64,000 nucleotides of DNA from an uncultured Actinomycetes bacterium (GCA_963706025.1 CAVPLM010000011.1:1-64000), one strand, 5' to 3'; shown: positions 37,328 through 48,600, counted from the stretch's first letter. Translations and numbers: made by a program. The notes: generated by a model not told the origin, from the letters alone.

Positions 37328-38010
37328 CTCACGAACACCGTGAACTCGTCGACCGGTACGCGCGTCCGCGGGAAGCGGTTGATCGGCGCTCCCCACTCGG
37401 GGTATCCGAGGGCGATCGCTATGACGAAGCTCTTGTCCTCGGTGCCCGGGATCACCTTCCTCAGCAGGTCGGGGTAGCGGACCAACGAGGCCGCGATGCA
37501 GGTCCCCAGACCGCGGGCGTGAGCTGCGAGGGCTATGGATTGGGCGAACAGTCCGGCGTCGAAGCAGCCATACGGAACCCCGATGCCCTTGGGCATGGCC
37601 AAGACCAGGAGTAGGGGCGCCCCGTAGACCTCAGCCGCCACGACCATGGGGGGAAGTGGCGGAACCTGCAGCGGTACACCCATCCTTCCCTCCTCGGCGG
37701 CGATGAAGGATGCCCTGGTCTGGAACAGATCGTCCTGCCTTGCCTGCAGAAGAGGGGGCAGCTCCGGGCTGCCGCCCAGGTCGGGCGCCGGCGGGGCCTC
37801 GGACAGGGCGTATTCGCGGAGGTCGGCTCTGAACTGCCGGAACGGCTCGCCCGAGAGCACGTAGACATAGGTGGATTGGGTATTCGTTGCCGAAGGCGCC
37901 CACCTGGCCTCGGTCAGTATCTCCCGCACGAGGTCATCGGACACCGGCTGAGGCAGATACCTCCGGATGGCCCGCCTCTCCGTGAGGGCTGTGTTGGTCG
38001 TCGCGCTCAT
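37324..38010 (-). CDS. Nitroreductase family protein
   Basis: RRAIRRY, WAPSATNTQ, FDAGLFAQSIALAAHARGLGTC, IALGYP. Confidence 0.93.
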   Translation of the reverse strand: MSATTNTALTERRAIRRYLPQPVSDDLVREILTEARWAPSATNTQSTYVYVLSGEPFRQFRADLREYALSEAPPAPDLGGSPELPPLLQARQDDLFQTRASFIAAEEGRMGVPLQVPPLPPMVVAAEVYGAPLLLVLAMPKGIGVPYGCFDAGLFAQSIALAAHARGLGTCIAASLVRYPDLLRKVIPGTEDKSFVIAIALGYPEWGAPINRFPRTRVPVDEFTVFVR

Positions 38011-38272
38011 TCTGTCTTACCTCCCCTTCGAACTCCTACTCGGGTCTGAACCCAGAGTCACATGTTACAGGAACTGCCTGGCAAGACCGGCAAGATGGAC
38101 TTCCAGTGGGGGCGCCCGACCGGCGCGGAGGACCGCGTCCAGCCGGCCGGGAAGGCGGTCTCCGGGATCTGGTCTGAAGCGGCGCTCTGGTTCCGGCGGG
38201 GGCTCTTACGCCCGCCGGTGCGCGGCAAGGGCCGGCCGGCGATCGGCTGGGCGACTTCGTCCGAGGACCGGC

Positions 38273-38281
38273 TGGTATACT
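38273..38281 (+). promoter_or_regulatory. Extended -10 element (TGgTATACT)
   Basis: About 60 nt upstream of the ATG at 38344, which has an AGGAGG RBS. Confidence 0.5.
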
Positions 38282-38343
38282 CTCGACAACCATCACCGGC
38301 ATTTCCCGGCTGCGCCCGTACGCCCGGGAAGGAGGCGCGAACC

Positions 38344-39601
38344 ATGGCCTTTTCTGATGACGTCTTCCCTCCGGACGACCAATGCGAGATCTGCGGAGCC
38401 CGGTTGGACGACGAGATCGTGATCCAGGAGTTCGCCGACGGCAGCCTGGCCCGCTTGTGCAACGAATGCGCGGCTGGTGCCGCTCTCGGGACGGAAGAGC
38501 ATCAGGGACATGATCCGCTGCAGCCGGGCTTTGAGAGCCGATCTCTCGCCGATTCGGACCCTCTGGAAAGGACGAGAGAGCTTCTTACACCGGTGGTCGA
38601 CCTCATCGGGCTGCAGAGAGAGATGCAGGCCGCGCTGGAGCGGCTGGCTGCGTCGCTCGAGACCTTCGCTGCCGGCGTCCTCACCGAGAACCTGGACAAG
38701 ACGGCCACTGTGGAGGACCGGGTTCAGAGCCTGGAACGGGAACTGGAACTGACCCGCCTCCGCCTCCAGGAGGCGGAGGCGCTGCTGGGCGCGGCCGCCA
38801 TCATCCCGGCGAGCGCCGAAGCGGGTGCGGTGACGACCGGCCCCGGCCCCGCCGCGGGCGCGGCGCTGCCGGCCGCGGCGACCGCCGGGACCGTCGGAGC
38901 CGCCCAGGCCGGCGAAGCCGCCGCCGGAGCCCGTCGCACCTGGGATCCTGCCAGCCGCCGGTGCCGGAACCGGAGGTGGTCCCGCCGCCACTCCTCGCGG
39001 AGGGTGCGGAGTCGACGTGGCCCGCCACCCGTCCCAGCCCGCCACCTCGTCCCAGCCCGCCACCGGCGCCGCCGCGGCTGCGGCGGCGGCCATCGTCGAC
39101 GCCACCCAAGCCCCTGCAGCAGCCCAAGAAGAGGCGCCGCGGCACGGCTTCCGGATCGAAGAGGTGCAGGCGGCCCAACGCTACTTCAACGAGAGCCCCT
39201 TCACCGGCAAGACCCGGGACGTGAGCCGCAGCCTAGGAAAGCCGCGCGCCAACCTCACCCGCGCCGCGGGCACCGAGCCCCGGGCCTTCATCACTATCGC
39301 CTGGGACATCGTCTGGTATCAGTATCTTGTGGATATGCGCCTCGATATCCCCAGCGACCAGCGTGTCGTCCTGTATCGGGAGGGCATGGACCTGGACGAA
39401 TTGGCCCACTACTTCAAGGAAAAGAACGCCACCGCCGACGACAACGGGCGGCTCGACGCCTCCGAGTTGGAGGTCAAGCTGCTCAGCGACCCCTCCGCTC
39501 TCATCACCGAGATGACGGTCGACGAGGAGAGGGCCCTGGAGGACGCCACCGAGGAGATCTGGGACCAACACATAAGCCCCGAGTTCAAGTGGGATGACTG
39601 A
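38344..39601 (+). CDS. Hypothetical protein: N-terminal CxxC..CxxC, coiled coil, Ala/Pro linker, globular C-terminal domain (frameshifted)
   Basis: CEICG...CNEC; heptad region EDRVQSLERELELTRLRLQEAE; C-terminal ITIAWDIVWYQYLVD...EFKWDD. Confidence 0.7.
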
Positions 39602-40040
39602 GAGGAGCACCGACATGCTGAGCGTGCAGGCATCGATAGGCCCGGCATACGTGCTCAAGCCCCCCTTCGGGAGCGACCTTCTCAGAGAACTCGAGGACTT
39701 CGTCCGGGCCAAAGGGATCAATCTGGCCTGGCTGTCGGGGGTCGGCGCCGTCTCCCGGGCCACCATCCGCTACTACGACCAGCCGAAGCAGGAATGGATC
39801 GACCTGGAATTCGACCAACGCATGGAAGTGGCCGGCATGCTGGGCAACGTGTCGCTGATGAACGGCGAGCCCATCGTGCACGTGCACATCACGGTGGCCG
39901 ACGAGCAGGGCCGCTGTTTCGGCGGCCACCTGGGGCACAACACCCAGGTCTTCAATCTGGAGATCCTGCTGACGACCTTGTCCGGTCCCCCGGTCACCCG
40001 CAAGATGGACCCACAGACGGGACTGACTATCTGGCATTAG
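39594..40040 (+). CDS. PPC/DUF296 domain protein
   Basis: GVGAV, EVAGMLGNVS, HVHITVAD, GGHL; overlaps the upstream stop. Confidence 0.9.
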   Translation: MTERSTDMLSVQASIGPAYVLKPPFGSDLLRELEDFVRAKGINLAWLSGVGAVSRATIRYYDQPKQEWIDLEFDQRMEVAGMLGNVSLMNGEPIVHVHITVADEQGRCFGGHLGHNTQVFNLEILLTTLSGPPVTRKMDPQTGLTIWH

Positions 40041-40078
40041 GCGGGCGGGGCTGCCCAGGCCGCGGAAAAGCCTGGGAT

Positions 40079-41599
40079 CTAGCGAACCGGGATCGAAACC
40101 ATGCCCTGGGCCACCATCAGCAGTTCTTCCCGCTCTAAGCTGTAGAAGAGCGTGTTTGAGACCCAGCTGAGAACCCCGTCCTTAGTCCACCAGACGCGAT
40201 CCACCTTGCCGTCGATGCCCACGACAGTGAAGGTGACTCCGCCGTGTTCCACGCCTTCTCCCGGGCTCGCTGCAGGAGCATCAAGCCAGGCGGTTTCCAT
40301 GATCCCCATGTACTGGTCGGTTCTTCCGTCTCGATAGACCGCCTTCATCGCGGGCCGCGCCCCACTGGCGGTGGAGATCTCGTAGACACGTCTCTCCACG
40401 CACGTGTACCCCGCGGGTACGTAGGTGGGCCCCTGCAGCGCAAGACCGGCCTCAGGAGCGAGGGCTCGCCATTTGACGCCGTCGACAATGCTGTCTGCGG
40501 AAGGGAGATCTCCCCCGGAGGACTCGATAGACGTGGTCATCGTATTGCGGATTTCGCCACCGCTGCCGACCGCGGCGCTCAGGGACAAATCCTCGACCGT
40601 GGTTGGAGGAGACAAGAAGTCCCCCACCGCCTCCTGGACTGCCGTGTCGGAGGAGACAACGTAGGAGACTCCGTCTATCGTTTGGATATCACCGGGGATG
40701 GCGACCTGCTTGATCTGCGTCCCCCGCAGGTTCACGAGCCAGTAGGCCAACTTGATCACTTCGGTGGCGCTCACCTCGGTGCTCACGTTCTGGAACAGGC
40801 TCTTCACCAGACTCGGCAGCTTGAAGGCAAGATCCCACCCCATGGCCTGCTCCCGGACGGCCCTCAAGAAGCGCTGCTGCCGTTCGAGGCGGCCGAAATC
40901 CGTATTCTGATCGTGCCGAAAGCGCACGTAATCGAGCGCCGCGGCCCCGTTCAGAAGCTGATAGCCGGGCGCGAGCTTGATGTTCTCGTAGTCAAGCCCG
41001 TCGTAGTAGTAGCGGCGGTCGACATCGACATACACGCCGCCGATGGAAGTGGTCACGTTTTCAAAGGCACCGAAATCGATCTCCAGGTAGTGATCCACGT
41101 CAACACCGGTCAGGTTCTGCACCGTCTCGATCGCTAGGGCAGCGCCGCCGAAGGCGTAGGCTGCGTTTATCTTCTGGAAGCCATGTCCGGGCACCTCCAC
41201 CCGCAAATCCCTCGGTAGCGACAAGACCGATATGAAAGCGTTCGTCGGGTCCACGTGAACAAGCATCAGGCTATCTGACCGACCGAATGCTTCGTTGCCG
41301 GTGCTGCGCTTGTCTGAACCCAGAACGAGAAGATTCATCCCCTGAAGCGTTTCCGGCAAAGAGAGCGTGCTCGCCGGCGGCTTGTTGTCCAACACATTCT
41401 TGGCCGCTGCGACGGCAGCTCCACCGGAGGCTTCACTCACCACTCCGTGAAGCCATAGATAGGAGCCCCCCGTGAATGCAGCAGTCAGCACTGCCAGCAA
41501 GGCAAACCCCCACAGCAGCAGGCGTTTCCACTTAACACGGCGCCGCCGTCTTGCTGTGGACCGGGTGGGTTGCCGGGTGTAGTGGTCTCTTGTCAGCAT
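40079..41599 (-). CDS. LytR-CpsA-Psr (LCP) family protein with a C-terminal extension
   Basis: N-terminal TM; LVLGSD, RSDSLML, SLPRDLRV, KINAAY, YVRFRH...DFGRLERQQ. Confidence 0.92.
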   Translation of the reverse strand: MLTRDHYTRQPTRSTARRRRRVKWKRLLLWGFALLAVLTAAFTGGSYLWLHGVVSEASGGAAVAAAKNVLDNKPPASTLSLPETLQGMNLLVLGSDKRSTGNEAFGRSDSLMLVHVDPTNAFISVLSLPRDLRVEVPGHGFQKINAAYAFGGAALAIETVQNLTGVDVDHYLEIDFGAFENVTTSIGGVYVDVDRRYYYDGLDYENIKLAPGYQLLNGAAALDYVRFRHDQNTDFGRLERQQRFLRAVREQAMGWDLAFKLPSLVKSLFQNVSTEVSATEVIKLAYWLVNLRGTQIKQVAIPGDIQTIDGVSYVVSSDTAVQEAVGDFLSPPTTVEDLSLSAAVGSGGEIRNTMTTSIESSGGDLPSADSIVDGVKWRALAPEAGLALQGPTYVPAGYTCVERRVYEISTASGARPAMKAVYRDGRTDQYMGIMETAWLDAPAASPGEGVEHGGVTFTVVGIDGKVDRVWWTKDGVLSWVSNTLFYSLEREELLMVAQGMVSIPVR

Positions 41600-41675
41600 C
41601 GTGGCGGAGGAGAGGAGGCAAGGCCCGCCTCGCGAGAGGCGGGCCTTGCCCTGCATCCTTCAGACGTGACTCGCG

Positions 41676-42212
41676 CTAGTCGGAGTCAGTGTCTGGTTCT
41701 TCGGGGGTCGCGTCATCGTCGTCGGGGACACCTTACCCGGGAGGCTGACCGTTCTTGTGCGGTCCACCGGCCCAGGGCGGGCGACCGCTGCCTTCGCGGA
41801 CGGTCGCTATCGTCGTCGTCCCCGTCTCGTCCGCCACGGTGAAGATATCGATCTCGGCGGCACCTTTGCCATCCTTGCCCCGGTCGACCTCACCAGTGAC
41901 GGTGTCCCTGGCCGATTAGCGAGCCGAGAGCCTTGGTACCAGGCCGGGCCCCCCTCGATCTTGATCGGTCGTGGTGCCGTCGGTGAGCATGTATTCGTTG
42001 CCCTCGATCACGGTGGCGATGGTGCCTGAGACTGTAACCATGTCGCCGCTCTTCGCGTCGACAGCGTCGGCGATGGAGATCACCGCGCTCGCGCCTGACA
42101 CCGGTCGTCGTGGTAGTTGCGGCCAGAGCAGCGCCCGCCATCAGACCGACGAGGCAACCTACCGTGGCGACAACGACCGCCGCTCCGGTAGAGCCGTCCT
42201 TCTTAGTCTCAT
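41676..42212 (-). CDS. Secreted OB-fold (YgiW/YdeI-like) protein (frameshifted)
   Basis: Signal peptide; DMVTVSGTIATVIEGNEYMLTDGT; TGEVD...EIDIF; RPPWAGGP. Confidence 0.6.
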
Positions 42213-42320
42213 GCGAGTACCTCCTCTTGCTGGACAATACGTCGCTGGGCGGTCATGTCCCGCTCATGGTGACCAGTCTAGGTAGTCAACCTTGGCGTTC
42301 GATTGCGAAACAGGGCTGAA

Positions 42321-42356
42321 TTCCGCAATGTTTTCGCAATGTTCCTGCGCGATAAT
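42321..42356. promoter_or_regulatory. OmpR-type direct-repeat operator plus -10
   Basis: ttccgcaatgt / tttcgcaatgt with an 11-bp period; GATAAT at 42351 precedes the GTG at 42363. Confidence 0.6.
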
Positions 42357-42362
42357 CGGGGC

Positions 42363-43036
42363 GTGCGAGTCTTGGTAGTGGAGGATGATCGCAAGCTGGC
42401 CCGCCTTGTCGCCCGAGTCGTGAGCGGCGAGGGGATGGACGTCGACCTCGCTCATGACGGCGACGAGGGCATTGAGCACGCGCTGCGGGGGACCTATGAC
42501 GTGATCGTCGTCGACTGGATGCTCCCCGGACGGGACGGACATCGCTCTGCCGGGCGGTCCGGGCCAACCGGCTCCCGACCGGCATTCTCATGCTCACCGC
42601 CCGCGGACAACTGGAAGACCGCGTGATGGGTCTGGACAGCGGGGCCGACGACTACCTGGTCAAACCCTTCGCATTCGAGGAGCTCCTGGCCCGCATCCGA
42701 GCGCTTGCGCGGCGAAACACGGCCGCTGCCGTCACCGATTCGTGGGAACTGAGATACCAGGATCTGGTGCTCGACCTCCGTGCACGCTCGGCCCGTCGGG
42801 GCGACACCGCGATCGAGCTCACTCCCACAGAGTGGCGCCTCCTAGAGTTCTTCCTCCGCCACCCCGGCCAAGCGCTTTCTCGTCGGCAGATCGTTGATTA
42901 CGTCTGGTCATACGGCGACCCGGTTCAACTTACTCAGGTGGACGTGTTCGTCTCCTTCGTGCGGCGCAAGCTTCATCGTCGCGGACAGCCTGAGTTGATA
43001 ACTACCGTGCGCGGCGTCGGCTATCGTCTAGGTTAG
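42363..43036 (+). CDS. OmpR/PhoB-family response regulator (frameshifted)
   Basis: VLVVEDD, DWMLPG, GADDYLVKPF, ITTVRGVGYRL. Confidence 0.93.
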
Positions 43037-44509
43037 GTGGGGGGCAACTTGTTCAAGGGACTGCGCTTTCGCCTGACCGCCACCTATGTCGCAGCCGCTC
43101 TGGGTTTGGTCCTGCTTATGGGACTGGGAACCTATGGACTGCTCCGCTACTACTTCCAGTCCGACAACGACGCTGCCCTACGGTATCGGGTGGCATTGGA
43201 ATACGAGAGTCTACGGGATAGAACCGCCTCCGGACCTGCGAGGCCGCCAAGAGAGGACTGGCAGTCTCGCCATAGACGAAGTGGAGGCTGACTCCGCCCT
43301 TCCCCCCGGGCTCGCCCGTAAGGCAGAAGGGGGTGAGGATAGATGAGCCGGATGAGGTGAGCGAACCCGGAGACGAGGGGCGGTCCGCCGTGGAAGACAT
43401 ATCCCGATTCCGAGCTCGCTCCCCTGTTCGTGCTCCACCTGGATGCGAACGGCAACCTAGTGGCAGATCTCTCCTCCTCCGAGAACGAGTTGCCCGCTCC
43501 CTGTCGCCGAGGGACACGAGGCCGCAGCCGGCGTTCCCGACGTACGCACGGCGACGCTGGCGGACGGCACGCGAGGTCAGGGTGGCCACTTATCGCTTAC
43601 CAACGGCGGCCGTCTCGAATAGCCAGCCGATCGCTTACATCCAAGTGGGACGCCTGCTGGCCGACCAGGACCGCGTGCTCGGCCAGATCCTGCTTACGGT
43701 GCTTCTGGCCTGCGGGGGGGCGGCGATCGTTGTCGGCCTGGCCAGCTGGTATCTCGCCGGCCGGTCTCTCGGGCCGGCGCGAAAGGCCTGGGAGCAGCAG
43801 CAGGTCTTCGTCGCCAACGCAAGTCATGAGCTCCGGACACCTGTGACCCTCATCCGTGCCAGCGCGGAGTACGCCTTAAGACAGTGCCCGGCGACCGGCA
43901 ATCGCTGAACGGCCCGGCGGAGAGGCTTCCCCCGACCCGGGCATGGCAGAGGTGCTCACAGATGTTGTCACAGAGACCGATCACCTCAGCCGACTTGTCG
44001 ACGACCTTGTTCTTCTCTCGCGTATCGACGCCGGCAAGATCGACTTGGAGGTCCAACCGCTCTCGGTCACCGAGCTGTTCTCAGACCTTTCCCGCTCCTT
44101 CGGGAGGCTGGCGGAGCAGAAAGGAGTGATCTTCCGGAGCACCGCGAACGAGCGGAACCGTCCGTACCGACCGCACGCGGCTTCGCCAGGTGATCCTCAT
44201 CCTTCTTGACAATGCGCTTCGCCACACCCCTCCCGGGGGCGCCGTTCGCTCGATGCCAACGTGTGAGGGACGAAGAGTCACGGTAGTCGTAGCCGATACG
44301 GGCAGCGGGATCGCTCCCGAAGACCTGCCGCACGTCTTCGATCGCTTCTATCAGGCTCGCGCGTCGATCAGAAGAGAGCCGAGGAAGCGGACTCGGGTCT
44401 CTCCATTGCAAAGAGCCTAGCGGAGGCCCTCAAGGGACGAATCGACGTAGCCAGTAGCCCTGGCGAGGGAACACGGGTGACCCTATCCCTGCCCCGCGCG
44501 GACGCATAG
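43037..44509 (+). CDS. Sensor histidine kinase (frameshifted)
   Basis: Two TMs; FVANASHELRTP; LLDNALRHTP; DTGSGI; FDRFY. Confidence 0.9.
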
Positions 44510-44513
44510 CCAG

Positions 44514-46648
44514 CTACACCGCCACCAATATCGGCCGGTGGCAGCGCAGGCAGCGGTCGGCCTCGGCGGTCACCTGCTCCAGCGTGTAGCCCAGCTCGGT
44601 TGGGTCGAAGGTGTGTTTGCGCACCTCGGGCGGCAGCATCGGCATCTTCTGGCGTTCGCCGTAGTCGACGCAATCGGACAGCGGTTCCACGCTCTTCTGG
44701 GCTCCCAGATAGACGGCCAGCCGCCGGGTCTTGTCCTCGATATCCTCGACCACCGGCTCGCCCCGCAGGTACTTGTCGATGTACTTCGCCGCCACCTTGC
44801 CCGCGTTGATGGCCTCGATCACCGTCCCGCCACCGCTCACCGCGTCGCCGCCCACGAACACGCCGGGTTTGCTGGTCATGAGGGTGTAGGGATCGCACTC
44901 CATGTAGCCGTACTTGTTGAGCTTGATCGCTTCATCCCCTTGGAAAGGTTCAAAATCTGGTTTCTGTCCTACCGCGGCCAAGACGCTGGAGGCCGTGAGC
45001 ACGAACGGGGCCATGTCGGTCGGGACGGGGCGCCGCCTGCCGCTCTCGTCGGGTTCCCCCAGTTCCATCTGCTGGCAGACCAGCGTCTCCACCCCGTCTT
45101 CGCCCACGCACTGCATGGGAGCGGCCAGGTAGTGGAAGACCACGCCCTCTTCCTCCGCCTCCTCGATCTCCCAGGCGTTGGCCGGCATCTCGTCCCGGGT
45201 GCGGCGGTAGACCACGGTGACGTTCTTCGCTCCCAGACGGATGGCGGTGCGGGCCGCGTCCATGGCCGAGTTACCCCCGCCCAGCACCAGAACGTCGTCG
45301 CCGATCTCCACCTCTTCGTGGAGCGCGACCTTGCGCAGGAACTCGATGGCGTCCAAGGAGCCCGGAAGATCTTCGCCGGGGATGCCCAGCGGCCGGCCCA
45401 GGTGGGCGCCGAGGGCCACGAAGGTGGCCTCGAAGCCCTGGGCTTCCAGGTCCTCCCAGGAGATGTCGCGACCCAATCGGGTGTTGTAGCGGATCTCGAC
45501 GCCTTCCTGCTCGATGAGCTCGGCCTCCCGGTGGATCACATCGCGGGGAAGCCGGTACTCGGGGATGCCCACGTGCACCATGCCCCCCGGCACCGGCAGG
45601 TCTTCGAAGATCACGGGCGCGTATCCGCGGCGGGCCAGGTAGTAGCCGGCGGAGAGCCCGGCCGGCCCGGCCCCGATGATGGCCACCTTCTTGCCGCACG
45701 CCGCCTGCTTGTCGTCGAGCCGGCAGCTCACCTCGACAGGCCGCTGGCTCATCTGGACGGTGGTCAGCTCGCTCACCTCATGCGGACCACCCGCGATGAG
45801 CGCCGCGCCGCCGGCGGCCTCCACACCTCCGGCTCGGCGCCGGCCGTCGGGTCGGCCAGACACCCCGAGATACAGCGGTCGTCGACCAGGTCTTCCGCCC
45901 GGTCGGCGCACCAGCGCTTGATGTTGTTGATGGCCACCGGCTTGCCGGTCGGCGCGAGGGTGCAGTTCTCCTCACAGGGGTGCGGACAGGTACGGCCGAT
46001 GATCGCCGGCAGAGGGTTGTCCCGCTTGACGATGGTCGTGGCCAGATGAGGATGCTCTTCCAGAGCCTGGAAGATATAGGCGGCGCAGTCCACCGTGGAG
46101 GGGCACGTGGAGCGGCACGGGGCGGTGACCCAGCCGTGGGTGGTCTCGGGCCCACAGGCAGCGCCGGCGGCGTGCTCGAAGAAATGCTCGGCTCCCAGAT
46201 CGAGCAACGCCAAGATGGGGTCGCGGATGGTGTTGGCTATCCCGCACCAGGCAGAGTCGTCGATACATTCGGCCAGGTGCCGGATCTGACCGACGGTCTC
46301 CTCCCCCCCTTCACCGACGGCGAGCTTCTCGAACAGCTCCCGCATGATGTCCACGCCGATACGGCAAGGCCCGCAGCGGCCGCAGGATTCCTCTTGGATG
46401 AGGCGCAGGTATTGACGGGCGAGATCGACCAGGCATACATCGCCGTTCACCACGACACCCCGCCAGGAGACCACCGCTTTGACGTCCTGCATGTCGGCCT
46501 GCTGAAGACGGTCTAGAACCTGTTCTGCCTCTGGACCCTGGTATCGCTCCGACAAGATCGCCACGGGCCCTTCACTCGTCACTGCTGGCGCCTGGGCCGT
46601 TCCCACCAAAGCCTCCTTGACTCTCGCTTCGTAGCCGATCTCGGTCAC
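44514..46648 (-). CDS. GltD/SfrB/NfnB-like FAD/NAD(P) oxidoreductase with an N-terminal NuoF-type [4Fe-4S] domain (frameshifted)
   Basis: ESCGRCGPCRIG; APCRSTCP...GRTCPHPCEENC; IIGAGPAG; LGGGNSAMDAAR; C-terminal EADRCLRC. Confidence 0.88.
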
Positions 46649-47064
46649 CGATCCCGCCGCGGGGCGACTTCAGATCGATAGCCGGGCCCGCCGAGAGGGC
46701 CGGGCCGATCCGAACCGGATCCCGGGCACCCGGAGTCCCGATGATATCGCATCGAACCGCCCTACGCCCACGCGCGCGGCAGGCGCACCCACGCCGTGGA
46801 GCCCAGCGAGCCTGGGCGACGCCGGCCTGGGCGGCCGGGCCGAGCCTGTGCAGCTCAAGGCCATGTGCGGCCGACGACCTGGGCCCGGCAAGGCGATCCG
46901 CGACCGCGCCGGGCCGCAGCGCTGCCGCAGGCTCCGCGCCGCGGCGACCCAAGCGCGGGCCCCAGCGTGCCGCGAGCCGAGCGTGTCGGACCCGCGTGCC
47001 ATCGGCGATACAATCGGCGGAGCGAGGCGATCAGGCACTCCGACACCGGGGAGAAGGAGCGGAT

Positions 47065-47562
47065 ATGGAAAGGCTGTGGGCGCCGTGGAGGCTGGAGTAC
47101 ATCACCCAAGAGAAGTCGGGAGGATGCATCTTCTGCGAGAAACCCCTGGCCGGCGACGACCGCGCCGCATACATCGTGCGGCGGGGCACCCATGCCTTCG
47201 TGATGCTGAACACCTTCCCCTACAACAACGGCCACATCATGGTGGCGCCGTACGCCCACCTGGCCGACCTGGAGGACCTACCGCCTCACACCCTGCACGA
47301 GATGATGGACCTGTCCCAGCAGTGCACCCGGGCCCTCAAGCTGGTCTTCAGTCCCGACGGCCTCAATCTCGGCTTCAACCTGGGAGCGGCGGCCGGCGCC
47401 GGCATCAAGGATCATCTCCACCTGCACCTGGTGCCCCGCTGGCAGGGTGACACCAACTTCATGCCGGTGCTCGCCGACGTCCGGGTGATCCCCCAGTCGC
47501 TGGATGAGTCGTATGAGCTGCTCTCCAAAGCGTTCGCAGGTTTGGAGCGCTCGGAGGAGTAG
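47065..47562 (+). CDS. HIT family protein (Ap4A phosphorylase-like)
   Basis: MERLWAPWRLEYI, CIFC, NTFPYNNGH, GAAAGAGIKDHLHLHLVPRW. Confidence 0.92.
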   Translation: MERLWAPWRLEYITQEKSGGCIFCEKPLAGDDRAAYIVRRGTHAFVMLNTFPYNNGHIMVAPYAHLADLEDLPPHTLHEMMDLSQQCTRALKLVFSPDGLNLGFNLGAAAGAGIKDHLHLHLVPRWQGDTNFMPVLADVRVIPQSLDESYELLSKAFAGLERSEE

Positions 47563-47646
47563 GCGGGCGCTCCACCGCCGGCACGGACGCGATCTCAGGC
47601 CGGCCTTCCCCGGCGGCGTGCCTTCGCCACCGCGTCGAGGCCGGTA

Positions 47647-48462
47647 CTACTCCGAGGAGAACTTGTGCCGCGGCACGGTGATGGGCGCCTCACCCTTCAC
47701 GCTCGAAACGACATCCCAGGCTTTGTCGATGTTCTCCGCGGTCCCTTCCAGAAGCAAGACCACCGCACCCTCACTCCCGCCGATGCCGCCGCTGGCCACG
47801 TGCCGAGCCTTGACCCCCGCCAGTATGCCCAGAGCCTGGATCTCGGTCACGACCAGACCGCAGGTCACCGGAACGAGCCAGACGTTCTCGCCCATGCTGC
47901 GATAGAGGGTGAGCTGGCCCCATCCGGCCGCGGCCTCAGGCACCGAAGGCACCAGCTTCTCCAAGCCTACGGGGAAGATGATGGGCAGTCCCCGCACGGC
48001 GATGAAGCTGAGGAGCGCCCCGATCGTCCCCGCCTGCGGGTTGCTGGCCAGGACGCCCGCGTTCCCCTGCGGATCCACGGCATTGGCACCCTTGATCACG
48101 GCATCGCCCTTCTCGAAGGTATCGAGAAAGGCCAGGACTTCCATCTCCACCCGCTCACCCTTCACGAAGAAACGCGCGACTTCGCGATCGTCCTTATGGC
48201 TGGTGGTCAACATGCCGTCGGCCACCATGCCGATGCAATATGAGTAGGGCGGCAGCTTCTCGCCGGTCAGCTCCTCCAGTACCAGGGCGCTGGTCGAGCA
48301 GGTCGATACGGAGAGTCTGCCGTTGGCGTAGGCGTTCTTGATCTCGGGGAGGCCGGCCACCGTCTTTGCCAGCAGGCGCTTCGATTCCGCCGGGTTCAAC
48401 ACCAACGTGGCCTGCTTGACCTGCGACGGGTCGGTCGGGGCATATTGGACTGGATAGAACAT
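47647..48462 (-). CDS. Conserved hypothetical protein
   Basis: Intact 271-aa ORF with plausible globular composition; ESKRLLAK, IKGANAVD, PVGLEKLVP, GGIGGSEG. Confidence 0.75.
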   Translation of the reverse strand: MFYPVQYAPTDPSQVKQATLVLNPAESKRLLAKTVAGLPEIKNAYANGRLSVSTCSTSALVLEELTGEKLPPYSYCIGMVADGMLTTSHKDDREVARFFVKGERVEMEVLAFLDTFEKGDAVIKGANAVDPQGNAGVLASNPQAGTIGALLSFIAVRGLPIIFPVGLEKLVPSVPEAAAGWGQLTLYRSMGENVWLVPVTCGLVVTEIQALGILAGVKARHVASGGIGGSEGAVVLLLEGTAENIDKAWDVVSSVKGEAPITVPRHKFSSE

Positions 48463-48600
48463 GCTCTACCACCACCTCGTCTCTGGATGTGCACAAGTGC
48501 GATGAACAAGCATACCGCGCCCGGCCGCCTCAGACCGGGTAGCAGCGACGGATGCGGCGCGCTAAGTGCCGTCCGAGCGCCTCTCCCCCCGGCCGCGACC

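Noticed and set aside
46650-47060. GC-rich intergenic stretch with short repeated cgggccg words
   Set aside because: No regular period, credible ORF or defined RNA fold; consistent with the general low-complexity bias.
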